Assembly (NCBI GenBank): GCA_963759775.1
Contig: CAVXAH010000001.1
Location: forward strand, 400,682 to 464,681
DNA from: an uncultured bacterium
GTDB lineage: Bacteria > Patescibacteriota > Minisyncoccia > Phycocordibacterales > Phycocordibacteraceae
Direction of reading: 5' to 3'
Length of the DNA stretch: 64,000 nucleotides
A program made the position numbers and the translations under genes. The notes beneath the pieces are model-generated. The model did not search any database. It was given only the letters and a program-made list of their open reading frames with translations, and was not told the DNA's origin. Below are positions 20,797-28,663 of the stretch, piece after piece (the first letter of the stretch is position 1; every line of letters begins with the position of its first letter).

Positions 20797-21368
20797 ATGA
20801 ATATCACCAAACAAAGACAGCAGCAGGCATATGACGCGCTTCGCGAGACGTTCGGGTTTACGAGTCCGATGCAATCGCCGCGTGTCGAAAAGGTAATCGT
20901 TTCCTCTGGAGTCGGCAAGAAGCGCGACAAAAAGGTCATCGAACTCATCCAGAATCGCCTCGCAAAGATCACTGGCCAGAAAGCGGCGCCGCGCGCCGCG
21001 CGTCTTTCGATTGCGTCCTTCAAGGTGCGCGAAGGAGACACGGTTGGGCTTCAGGTGACGCTTCGCGGCCCGCGTATGTTCGACTTCCTCGACAAATTCG
21101 TCCACATCGCGCTCCCTCGAACTCGCGACTTCCGCGGTCTTTCAGCACGCGCCATCGACGAGATGGGAAACTCACGGTTGGTATTCGCGAGCACACCATC
21201 TTCCCAGAGACGAGTGACGAGGACATTAAGGATGTCTTTGGCTTCGCGATAACGATCGTGACGACCGCAAAGGATAAGAAAGCGGCAGAAGCGTTCTTCC
21301 GTCATCTCGGCCTCCCACTTCGCGCCCTCCCTGACGCCAAGAAGGTTGACCGAGCAGTAAAACGCTGA
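20797..21368 (+). CDS. rplE: 50S ribosomal protein L5, one indel near 21170
   Basis: ...SPMQSPRVEKVIVSSGVG...LDKFVHIALPRTRDFRGL.... After the shift the natural C-terminus reads FTVGIREHTIFPETSDEDIKDVFGFAITIVTTAKDKKAAEAFFRHLGLPL..., stop 21366-21368. Confidence 0.9.
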
Positions 21369-21423
21369 TAATGTCTACGCACGCTCTTCCAGGGCTTTAT
21401 TTTTTACTTCCAAACGAGGGAGT

Positions 21424-21451
21424 GAAAAAAGAAGGTTTCCCTTCTTTTTTC
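21424..21451. terminator. A/T-flanked hairpin between rplE and rpsN
   Basis: GAAAAAAGAAGG-TTTC-CCTTCTTTTTTC. Confidence 0.6.
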
Positions 21452-21484
21452 TGACCGAGTGCAGGAAGCAAGATTACTTACCTT

Positions 21485-21754
21485 ATGGCAAAAACATCCC
21501 AGCTGGCACGACAGGCAAAGCGAGTAAAACTCGTCGCCAAGTACGCTTCCAAGCGTGCGGCGATGAAGGCTGCCGGCGACTGGGAGGGACTTCAGGGTTT
21601 GCCAAAAAACTCCTCTTCGGTGCGTCTCAAGAATCGTTGCGCGGTCTCTGGTCGATCCCGCGGCTACATTCGTGCATTCGGGCTTTCCCGAATCCAGTTC
21701 CGTGAGCTTGCGCGCGAGGGAAAACTCCCAGGCGTCAAGAAGGCGTCTTGGTAA
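21485..21754 (+). CDS. rpsN: 30S ribosomal protein S14 (long, 89 aa form)
   Basis: [20 protein letters not shown]...[43 protein letters not shown]. Confidence 0.94.
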   Translation: MAKTSQLARQAKRVKLVAKYASKRAAMKAAGDWEGLQGLPKNSSSVRLKNRCAVSGRSRGYIRAFGLSRIQFRELAREGKLPGVKKASW

Positions 21755-21769
21755 GGCTGCATCGTACGT

Positions 21770-22168
21770 ATGATTAACGACCGCGTCGGCGACTTCATTA
21801 CTCGTCTCACCAATGCTGGAGCTGTCCGGAAGGAGACGGTCGTACTGCCGTACTCTTCTCACCTCGAAGCGATCGCACGCAAGCTCAAAGAGCTTGGGTT
21901 TGTGGGCGCCGTCTCGAAGGAGGGAGAGGAAGGCAAGAAGCGCATGCTGGTTGTCGGGCTTCTTTATGATGAACGCGGCAACGCAAAGATTCGCGGAGTG
22001 AAGCGTGTCAGCAAGCCCGGCCGTCGTCTCTATGTTGGGCACGACGAAGCGTATTCGGTGATGGGTGGCACAGGCGCACGTCTCATATCGACTCCCGCAG
22101 GCGTCCTTTCTGACCGCGAGGCGCGTAAGAATCGCGCGGGCGGCGAGAATCTTTTTGAAATCTGGTAA
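21770..22168 (+). CDS. rpsH: 30S ribosomal protein S8
   Basis: MINDRVGDFITRLTNA...ISTPAGVLSDREARKNRAGGENLFEIW. Confidence 0.94.
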   Translation: MINDRVGDFITRLTNAGAVRKETVVLPYSSHLEAIARKLKELGFVGAVSKEGEEGKKRMLVVGLLYDERGNAKIRGVKRVSKPGRRLYVGHDEAYSVMGGTGARLISTPAGVLSDREARKNRAGGENLFEIW

Positions 22169-22182
22169 GTCTCTATTTTCGT

Positions 22183-22713
22183 ATGTCACGTCTTGCAAAG
22201 AAACCAATAGCGGTCGGAAAAAGCGAAGTCTCCTTCGCCGGCGACACGCTGACCGTGAAGGGTGCTAAAGCGACGCTCACGAAGCGTGTTCACCCGGCGG
22301 TTGCTATTGATGTTACTGCTGAGGGTGTTTCGATTACGGCGAAGAATAGTTCTCGCCTCTCTCGCGTGCTCACTGGCACCTATGCCTCCCACGTGCGTAA
22401 CATGCTCGAAGGAGTCGTAACACCGTTTAAGAAAGTGCTCATCCTTGAGGGAGTCGGCTATCGCGCAGAAGTGAAAGGGAAGGAGATGGTCTTTCTGGTT
22501 GGTAAGTCGCACCCAGTAAAGCTCCCGATCCCCGAGGGCGTCACTGCGACCGCTGAAAAGAACGTGATCACGCTTCTCTCGCCAGACAAGGAGATCGTCG
22601 GACAGTTCGCCGCAAATATCCGTCAGGTGAAGCCGCCTGAGCCGTATCTCGGCAAAGGTATTCGCTTTGAGGGAGAAGTTATTCGCCGCAAGCAGGGCAA
22701 GAAGGCGGTGTAG
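22183..22713 (+). CDS. rplF: 50S ribosomal protein L6
   Basis: MSRLAKKPIAV...GVGYRAEVKGKEM...KPPEPYLGKGIRFEGEVIRRKQGK. Confidence 0.95.
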   Translation: MSRLAKKPIAVGKSEVSFAGDTLTVKGAKATLTKRVHPAVAIDVTAEGVSITAKNSSRLSRVLTGTYASHVRNMLEGVVTPFKKVLILEGVGYRAEVKGKEMVFLVGKSHPVKLPIPEGVTATAEKNVITLLSPDKEIVGQFAANIRQVKPPEPYLGKGIRFEGEVIRRKQGKKAV

Positions 22714-22722
22714 CACGCAAAT

Positions 22723-23074
22723 ATGAAAAACCAACCTACATCAAAGAACAGCTTGCGCATCCGTCGCCACGCACGCGTGCGCGCGCGCATGAGGGGCACC
22801 GCGGAGCGCCCTCGCCTTGCGGTTTTCAGATCAAATCGCTTTATTTCCGTACAACTTATCGACGACGCGGCAGGCAAGACGCTCGCGCAGGCTCATGGCC
22901 GCGAATTTAAGGGTACGTCTGCGGTACGCGCGAAGGACGTAGGGGTTGCTATCGCAAAGCGTGCGAAGGCCGCAGGGATAAAAGCAGTGGTCTTTGACCG
23001 CGGCGGCTATCGCTATGGTGGCGCAGATAAAAACGCTCGCAGACGCGGCACGCGAGGGAGGACTCACTTTCTAA
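22723..23074 (+). CDS. rplR: 50S ribosomal protein L18, one indel near 23015-23022
   Basis: ...[37 protein letters not shown]...[12 protein letters not shown], then the shifted natural end [15 protein letters not shown], stop 23072-23074. Confidence 0.9.
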
Positions 23075-23076
23075 TT

Positions 23077-23713
23077 ATGGATACTCCCGAACAAAAAGTC
23101 GTACCGACACCAGCACCAACTGCGAACTACTACCGCTCCCGAGATGCGCGGCAAGCAGGGAGGTCGTGGTGGTGCAATTCGCGGACGCGGAGGTCGCGGC
23201 GGCGGTCGCGAGCGAAGTCGCACGCCAAGAGAACGAAGCGAGTTCGATCAAGTGACTATTGATGCACGCCGCGTGGCGCGTGTGATGGCCGGCGGCCGAC
23301 GTTTCAATTTCAGTCTCGTCGTCGTTATTGGCGACAAAAAAGGACGTGTCGGGGTTGGTCTTGGAAAAGGCGCAGACACTGCGCTTGCTATTGATAAAGC
23401 GACGCGAGATGCGCGCAAGAACCTTATTACCATTCCGCGCACAAAAACAAACTCCATTCCGCACGACGTGCACGCAAAATACGCATCTTCAACAATTGAA
23501 ATCAGACCGTCTCCGGGCCGTGGCTTGGTCGCAGGAAGTGCCATGCGTACCGTGCTTGACCTTGGAGGAGTCACCGACGTAGTCACGAAAATCCACACTC
23601 GTTCCAAGAACAAGCTCACCATCGCACGTGCGACTATTGAGGCACTTTCGAAGCTTCGTGGACGGTCGTCAAAGGTGGTCGTACCCATGAGCGCTCCCGC
23701 AAAAAGCGAATAA
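23077..23713 (+). CDS. rpsE: 30S ribosomal protein S5 with RGG-rich N-terminus; probable indel near 23131 (conservative start 23144)
   Basis: ORF 23144..23713: ...[48 protein letters not shown].... ATG 23077 lies 2 nt after the rplR stop and reads [19 protein letters not shown], joining to [10 protein letters not shown] after removal of one C. Confidence 0.88.
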
Positions 23714-23724
23714 TATATTTTCCT

Positions 23725-24177
23725 ATGCAACTCAACATTCTTTCTCCTCGCCATCCTCGTAAGGCACCGCCTCCAGTCGGTCGCGGCGGCAAGCGTGGCA
23801 AGACCTCAGGTCGCGGCGGCAAAGGCCAAACGGCACGTGCCGGACACAAGGTTCGTCCGCAAGCGCGCGACATTATTAAGAAATTCCCAAAGCGTCGCGG
23901 GTACGGCAAGAACCGTGCGCGCACCGTGCGCGCCGAGCGTGTGGTGTACCAGCCGGTCAACCTCGCGCACCTCGAGCTGGCTTTCAAAGCTGGTCAAACG
24001 ATCTCTCCTCTCACCCTTCTTACCAAAAAGCTCGTACGCGCAGATAAAGGTCGCGCACCCAAGGTGAAGATTCTTGGTACGGGAGAGCTTTCAAAAGCTT
24101 TTGTGATTCAAAACTGCGTGCTCTCGGTATCCGCAAAGGCGGCGATAGAGAAGGCCGGCGGAACTCACAATGCTTAA
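23725..24177 (+). CDS. rplO: 50S ribosomal protein L15
   Basis: MQLNILSPRHPRKAPPPVGRGGKRGKTSGRGGKGQTARAG.... Follows rpsE after 11 nt, so no L30 gene is present. Confidence 0.94.
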   Translation: MQLNILSPRHPRKAPPPVGRGGKRGKTSGRGGKGQTARAGHKVRPQARDIIKKFPKRRGYGKNRARTVRAERVVYQPVNLAHLELAFKAGQTISPLTLLTKKLVRADKGRAPKVKILGTGELSKAFVIQNCVLSVSAKAAIEKAGGTHNA

Positions 24178-25444
24178 TCAATTCTTTCATAAGGCAAAAC
24201 TCGCATTTACTGACCCCGCAATTCGTGCGCGGATTCTCTTTGTGCTCGGTGCGCTCGCGATGTTCCGTTTTCTTGCATCAATCCCAATTCCGGGAGTGGA
24301 CCAAAATGCGCTCGCGGCCTTCTTTGCAAACAACCAATTCTTTGGCCTTCTGAACATTTTCTCCGGCGGCGGTCTCTCACAACTTTCCGTAGTAATGCTT
24401 GGTGTCGGACCCTACATCACTGCATCTATCATCATGCAACTTGGGACTATTATCTTCCCGCAGATAAAGCAGGCGTATCACGAAGAGGGCGAAGCAGGTC
24501 GTGCGAAGTTTATCGGTTGGAGCCGCGTCCTCACGGTGCCTCTCGCTATTTTGCAGGGCATTGGATTCCTCTTTCTTCTTCAGGGACAAGGGGTTATTGC
24601 TCCGCTCTCTACTCTGGCGCTAGTGGCAAACGTCATGCTCGTTGCGGCAGGCTCTCTGCTCCTTATGTGGATTGGAGAACTTGTGACAGAGTTTGGTATT
24701 GGTAACGGTGTTTCGCTCATCATCTTTGCGGGAATCGCGGCAAGCATTCCAAGTGGCATTTCACAGACCCTCTTTGCGGGAGCGGCGGCAGATATTCCGG
24801 CATACCTCGGATTTGGCGTACTCGCTCTCGCCATGATCTACGCGGTTGTTGCTGTCTCTGACGCGGAACGGTCAATCCCGATTGCGTATGCGAGATCAGT
24901 GCGCGGTGCGGCCCTTTCTTCGGGTGCGGCAACCTACCTCCCTATTCGTCTTCTTCAGGCCGGTGTGATTCCTATCATCTTCGCTCTCTCGCTTCTCCTC
25001 ATCCCCCAGATGGCACTTTCAATGCTTTCTGCAGTTGGCGTTTCACAGGCCGCAGGATTTGCGACCTGGTACGCTGCTTTCCTCGCAAATCCGTGGCAAT
25101 ACGGCGCTCTCTATTTTGCGCTCGTAGTCCTCTTCACTTACTTTTATACCTCTATTACGTTTGAACCAAAGCGCGTTGCCGACAATCTTCAGAAAACAGG
25201 AGCCTTTGTTCCTGGAGTTCGTCCTGGACATGAGACTGAGACGTACATCGGAAATGTGGTGAACCGCATTACGCTTCCCGGCGCTCTCTTTCTTGGCCTC
25301 GTTGCGGTTTCTCCTTCAATCATCCAAGGGCTTACGGGCGTGACGACCCTTATCTTGGGCGGTACCGCCCTCCTCATTGCGGTACAGGTTATCCTTGATC
25401 TGGTACGCAAAATAGACGCACAGGTTTCTCTCCGCGAGTATTAG
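24170..25444 (+). CDS. secY: preprotein translocase subunit SecY
   Basis: 10-TM pattern. ...LFVLGALAMFRFLASIPIPGV...LSVVMLGVGPYITASIIMQL...; position after rplO. Confidence 0.96.
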   Translation: MLNQFFHKAKLAFTDPAIRARILFVLGALAMFRFLASIPIPGVDQNALAAFFANNQFFGLLNIFSGGGLSQLSVVMLGVGPYITASIIMQLGTIIFPQIKQAYHEEGEAGRAKFIGWSRVLTVPLAILQGIGFLFLLQGQGVIAPLSTLALVANVMLVAAGSLLLMWIGELVTEFGIGNGVSLIIFAGIAASIPSGISQTLFAGAAADIPAYLGFGVLALAMIYAVVAVSDAERSIPIAYARSVRGAALSSGAATYLPIRLLQAGVIPIIFALSLLLIPQMALSMLSAVGVSQAAGFATWYAAFLANPWQYGALYFALVVLFTYFYTSITFEPKRVADNLQKTGAFVPGVRPGHETETYIGNVVNRITLPGALFLGLVAVSPSIIQGLTGVTTLILGGTALLIAVQVILDLVRKIDAQVSLREY

Positions 25445-25507
25445 AAGCGAGAAAACAGGTCCCGTCCGCTTTGTTGCGCATTTCTCGGTATCCCGTACAC
25501 TTTTTCT

Positions 25508-26077
25508 GTGAACGAAAAACACACTATCTTTTTTCTCGGAAAGCCCGGTTGTGGGAAGGGCACCCAAGCAAAACTGCTTGCGGCACAAACAGGCTTTCCC
25601 ATTTTTGCCTCCGGAAAACTATTCCGTGATATTGCAAAAGAGGACACACCCGTTGGCCGGAAAGTAAAAGTAGAAAACGATGCAGGCATACTTCAACCGC
25701 ACTGGTTTGCCATGTATCTGTACCTTAAATCACTTTTTTCCATTTCAAGCGATGGAGGTGCGATTTTTGACGGCTTTAATCGAAAGATGCCGGAGGCGCA
25801 GCTCGTTATAGACTCCATGCGGTGGCTCAACCGGCCATTTTCTATTGTGCACATAAAAATCTCTGACGAGGAGGTACACCGGCGGTTGGATTCTCGCAAG
25901 GAAACATCGGGTCGTGCAGACGACCACGCGGTACATGAACGCCTAAAGGAGTACTACACGCATACCGAGCCAGTCATAGAGCTTTTTAAAAAAGAAGGCG
26001 TTTTGATTGAAATCAGCGGCGAAGAGACCCCGGAGCAGATAGCGCAAAATATCCTTTCAACGCTCCATCTCACATGA
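25508..26077 (+). CDS. adk: adenylate kinase
   Basis: P-loop FFLGKPGCGKGTQAKLLA. GTG start. Position between secY and map. Confidence 0.88.
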   Translation: MNEKHTIFFLGKPGCGKGTQAKLLAAQTGFPIFASGKLFRDIAKEDTPVGRKVKVENDAGILQPHWFAMYLYLKSLFSISSDGGAIFDGFNRKMPEAQLVIDSMRWLNRPFSIVHIKISDEEVHRRLDSRKETSGRADDHAVHERLKEYYTHTEPVIELFKKEGVLIEISGEETPEQIAQNILSTLHLT

Positions 26078-26841
26078 TCATTACCACAAAAAAACAGCGC
26101 GACACGCTTATTGAGGCAGGTCGGCGGCTTGCGGTTGTACTTCATGCATGCGCAAAAAAAGCGGCGCCAGGCGTTACGGCGGAAGAACTTGATGACCTTG
26201 CCGAACAAATGATTCTTGAAGGCGGGGACGAGCCAGCATTTCTCGGCTACACGCCAGAAGGCGCTCCGCGCCCGTACCCTGCGACGCTCTGTGTCTCAAT
26301 AAATGAGGAAGTCGTGCACGGCATTCCGAACGAGTTGAAAAAAGTTCTTAAAGAAGGCGACATTGTTGGACTTGATTTAGGTCTTACCCACAAAGGGATA
26401 ATCGTAGACGCGGCAGTGACGGTCGCGGTCGGAAAGGCGGATGCGGCTTCACATAAGCTCATGCATGTAACGGAAGAAGCACTTGCTGCGGGTATAAAAG
26501 CGGCACGGGTGGGAGCCCATATTGGAGACATTTCACACGCAATTGAGAAAACGTTTAAAGGCACCGGGATTTCCGTAGTGAAGGTTCTCGGGGGACATGG
26601 CGTTGGAGATCATGTGCACGAAGAGCCTTTTGTTCCGAACGTGGGCAAGGCAGGCGACGGTCCGGAACTCGTAGAAGGTATGGTGCTTGCCCTTGAGCCT
26701 ATCTCAAGCGCAGGGAAAGGAACGGTGCTCCTTGCTCCCGATGGCTATACGTATCGAACCCGCGACGGGTCGCGCTCTGCTCATTTTGAGCACACTATTT
26801 TGATTGAAAAATCTGGTCCCGTAATAGTCACCAAGGCTTAG
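26074..26841 (+). CDS. map: type I methionine aminopeptidase
   Basis: ...EVVHGIP...DIVGLDLG...GHGVGDHVHEEPFVPN...LALEP...HFEHTILI, metal-ligand pattern. Confidence 0.94.
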   Translation: MIITTKKQRDTLIEAGRRLAVVLHACAKKAAPGVTAEELDDLAEQMILEGGDEPAFLGYTPEGAPRPYPATLCVSINEEVVHGIPNELKKVLKEGDIVGLDLGLTHKGIIVDAAVTVAVGKADAASHKLMHVTEEALAAGIKAARVGAHIGDISHAIEKTFKGTGISVVKVLGGHGVGDHVHEEPFVPNVGKAGDGPELVEGMVLALEPISSAGKGTVLLAPDGYTYRTRDGSRSAHFEHTILIEKSGPVIVTKA

Positions 26842-26931
26842 GAGATTTTGTAATTGAAAGAGACGTTCTCCGTCTTTATTAAGGTAGATAGGATTAGGGG
26901 TTCGTGCATCGTTATTCGTAAAAACTTTCTT

Positions 26932-27186
26932 ATGGCAACTATCGTCAATAATCCACAACCTGAACGAGTAATTCAAGTTGATCGATCTGATTCAAGTGGG
27001 TGGGGAGTAGCAGTCATTATCCTGGTATTAGTGGTCGTCGCCGGAGTTTTTTTCTACCTGTACTATCGTCCGCAAGCGCAACAGCCTCAAAATGGCTCAG
27101 CGAACATTAATGTGACTCTGCCGACAAATACGGGAAACTCTCCAAGCAATGATGGGGCACCCGCAGAGAATCCAAACACTAACTAG
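26932..27186 (+). CDS. small single-pass membrane protein (84 aa)
   Basis: MATIVNNPQPE...WGVAVIILVLVVVAGVFFYLYY, then a Gln/Asn/Pro-rich tail. Internal ATG chosen. Confidence 0.55.
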   Translation: MATIVNNPQPERVIQVDRSDSSGWGVAVIILVLVVVAGVFFYLYYRPQAQQPQNGSANINVTLPTNTGNSPSNDGAPAENPNTN

Positions 27187-27206
27187 CGTTTCCGAGAGTC
27201 TTCGCC

Positions 27207-27278
27207 TATACCCAGCACTAAAGTTGCGAGTCTCATCACGCCGCACTGTCATTGCGGGATTGTTTAGTGCTGGGTATA
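27207..27278 (+). repeat. 16-bp perfect inverted repeat enclosing 40 nt
   Basis: TATACCCAGCACTAAA (27207-27222) and TTTAGTGCTGGGTATA (27263-27278). Inner hairpin CCGCA-N7-TGCGG. Confidence 0.6.
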
Positions 27279-27287
27279 CTGGCGGCT

Positions 27288-27310
27288 AACGCCCCAGGCG
27301 TTTTTTATTT
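27288..27310 (+). terminator. rho-independent terminator upstream of ndk
   Basis: AACGCC-CCA-GGCGTT followed by TTTTATTTT. Confidence 0.6.
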
Positions 27311-27317
27311 TAAAACT

Positions 27318-27902
27318 ATGGCTCACAAGAACCCAAAAGATGAACGTACGTATGTGATGATCAAGCCCGATGGCGTCAAGAAAGGACTCATCGGTGAGAT
27401 TATTAAGCGCTTTGAACAGCGCGATTTGAAGATTGTCGCGCTTGAGATGTTCCAGCCAACCCACAAAGAGATTGACGACCACTACCCGAAAGATTCAAAA
27501 TGGATTACGCGCCTAGGTGAGAAAACTCTCTCCACATATGAGAAGTACGGGTTTGATGCTATGGCGGACTTCGGTACGACCTCCGCAGAAAAGATTGGGC
27601 CTGAAATTCGCAAATGGCTTATCAATTTCATGACATCGGCGCCTCTGGTGAAAATGGTCGTTGAAGGTACGCATGCGGTTGATATGGTGCGCAAAATTGC
27701 GGGCCCTACGATGCCGTATCAAGCAGACATGGGAACTATTCGCGGAGACTTTTCAAATGACTCTCCAGCGCTAGCAAACGCCGAGAAGCGCGCAGTCGCC
27801 AATATTCTCCATGCTTCTGAAACTCCAGAAGAAGCTGAACACGAGATTGCGCATTGGTTTGGCAAGGCAAAACTGCACTCCTACAAGCGTCACGGCGAAT
27901 AA
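27318..27902 (+). CDS. ndk: nucleoside diphosphate kinase (long form with insertion)
   Basis: ERTYVMIKPDGVKKGLIGEIIKRFE...GTIRGDF...NILHASET (active-site His context). Confidence 0.88.
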   Translation: MAHKNPKDERTYVMIKPDGVKKGLIGEIIKRFEQRDLKIVALEMFQPTHKEIDDHYPKDSKWITRLGEKTLSTYEKYGFDAMADFGTTSAEKIGPEIRKWLINFMTSAPLVKMVVEGTHAVDMVRKIAGPTMPYQADMGTIRGDFSNDSPALANAEKRAVANILHASETPEEAEHEIAHWFGKAKLHSYKRHGE

Positions 27903-27915
27903 GTCGAACACGTTC

Positions 27916-28019
27916 AAAAACCTCATCTGCTTCGTTATGAGGCCCAGAGATTTCTTTCGTCGTACCACAACGTACGCCTCCAGAAATCTCTCTCCCATGC
28001 CTCGCATCTGAAGGTTTTT
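27916..28019 (+). repeat. REP-like structured element, copy A (conserved ends, variable core)
   Basis: Left end AAAAACCTCATCTGCTTCGTT, right end GCCTCGCATCTGAAGGTTTTT. Same ends occur at 56375-56473. Core has the 10-bp hairpin AGAGATTTCT/AGAAATCTCT. Confidence 0.65.
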
Positions 28020-28028
28020 AACGCATTC

Positions 28029-28054
28029 GAAACCTCGCAGATTAAGGGTTTTTT
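28029..28054 (+). repeat. solo right-end-like copy of the REP-like element / weak terminator
   Basis: GAAACCTCGCAGATTAAGGGTTTTTT resembles the right end CCTCGCATCTGAAGG(G)TTT. Confidence 0.45.
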
Positions 28055-28109
28055 GGCTCTCCACAACAAAACTCATTTGGAGTTCATGCGCGCTAGGTAT
28101 ACTTAGAAG

Positions 28110-28284
28110 CAGGGTCGTTCTTAAAAACGCAACTTGCCGTATACACGGGAGCAGTGCATTAAGGCGTCGCTTGGTGAATCCGCAAGGAATCCGATAGCCG
28201 CCGTTGCCGCACCCACCTGGCAAGATAAAGTTGCAACATTAGAACGACTCTACACAAAAGCCCTGCCGCACGCAGGGTTTTTGT
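28110..28284 (+). ncRNA. candidate structured RNA (~140-nt single long hairpin with central GCAA tetraloop) plus intrinsic terminator; class unknown (6S-like, SRP-like or riboswitch)
   Basis: TATACT at 28098-28103. Closing helix GTCGTTCT (28114-21) / AGAACGAC (28241-48), then GCAAC/GTTGC, TTGCC/GGCAA, GGCG/CGCC, with apical GCAA at 28182-28185. Terminator CCCTGC-N5-GCAGGG + TTTTTG at 28256-28284. Confidence 0.45.
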
Positions 28285-28294
28285 GTCTCCGTGC

Positions 28295-28309
28295 TACAGT
28301 TTCCAGATG
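28295..28309 (+). promoter_or_regulatory. -10 box + 6 nt + ATG (leaderless layout)
   Basis: TACAGT 28295-28300, TTCCAG, ATG 28307. Confidence 0.5.
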
Positions 28310-28663
28310 TCATTACGGTGGCTCCTTGCCGCACTTGCGTTCTCAATCGCGATTTTCTCTTTCCACCTCTACAATCTTGCCCACGATTCGTACTTTTTCT
28401 ACTGGTGGGTAGACATCCCAATGCACATCTTGGGCGGGGCACTTGTCGGCACCTTTTTTATCGCACTCGTTTCTCGCCACCGCCCGTTTTTGTTTTTGGT
28501 CGTGATGAGCATCGTTTTTGTAGGGTGGGAATTATTTGAATACACCGCAGGCCTCACTTCCGATAAACCCGGCTATGCGTTTGACACTGCGTACGATCTT
28601 CTTAATGGGGCGTTTGGAGCCGCGTTCGCATATGTCATTGCTCGTAGAACACTATGGCGCTAA
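28307..28663 (+). CDS. small 4-TM membrane protein of unknown function (118 aa)
   Basis: MSLRWLLAALAFSIAIFSF...IPMHILGGALVGTFFIAL...FLFLVVMSIVFVGWELFEY...LLNGAFGAAFAYVIA. Confidence 0.65.
   Translation: MSLRWLLAALAFSIAIFSFHLYNLAHDSYFFYWWVDIPMHILGGALVGTFFIALVSRHRPFLFLVVMSIVFVGWELFEYTAGLTSDKPGYAFDTAYDLLNGAFGAAFAYVIARRTLWR

Noticed and set aside
21404-22207. 267-aa ORF on the minus strand
   Set aside because: It lies entirely antisense to rpsN, rpsH and the start of rplF, which are unambiguous. It is a shadow ORF with no motifs.
28110-28250. Calling this RNA the SRP (4.5S) RNA
   Set aside because: The 5' side and tetraloop resemble helix 8. However, the highly conserved 3'-side AGCA of the symmetric loop is absent (GGAAUCCGAUAGCC instead of GGAAGCAGCC). 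I therefore leave it as an unclassified candidate.
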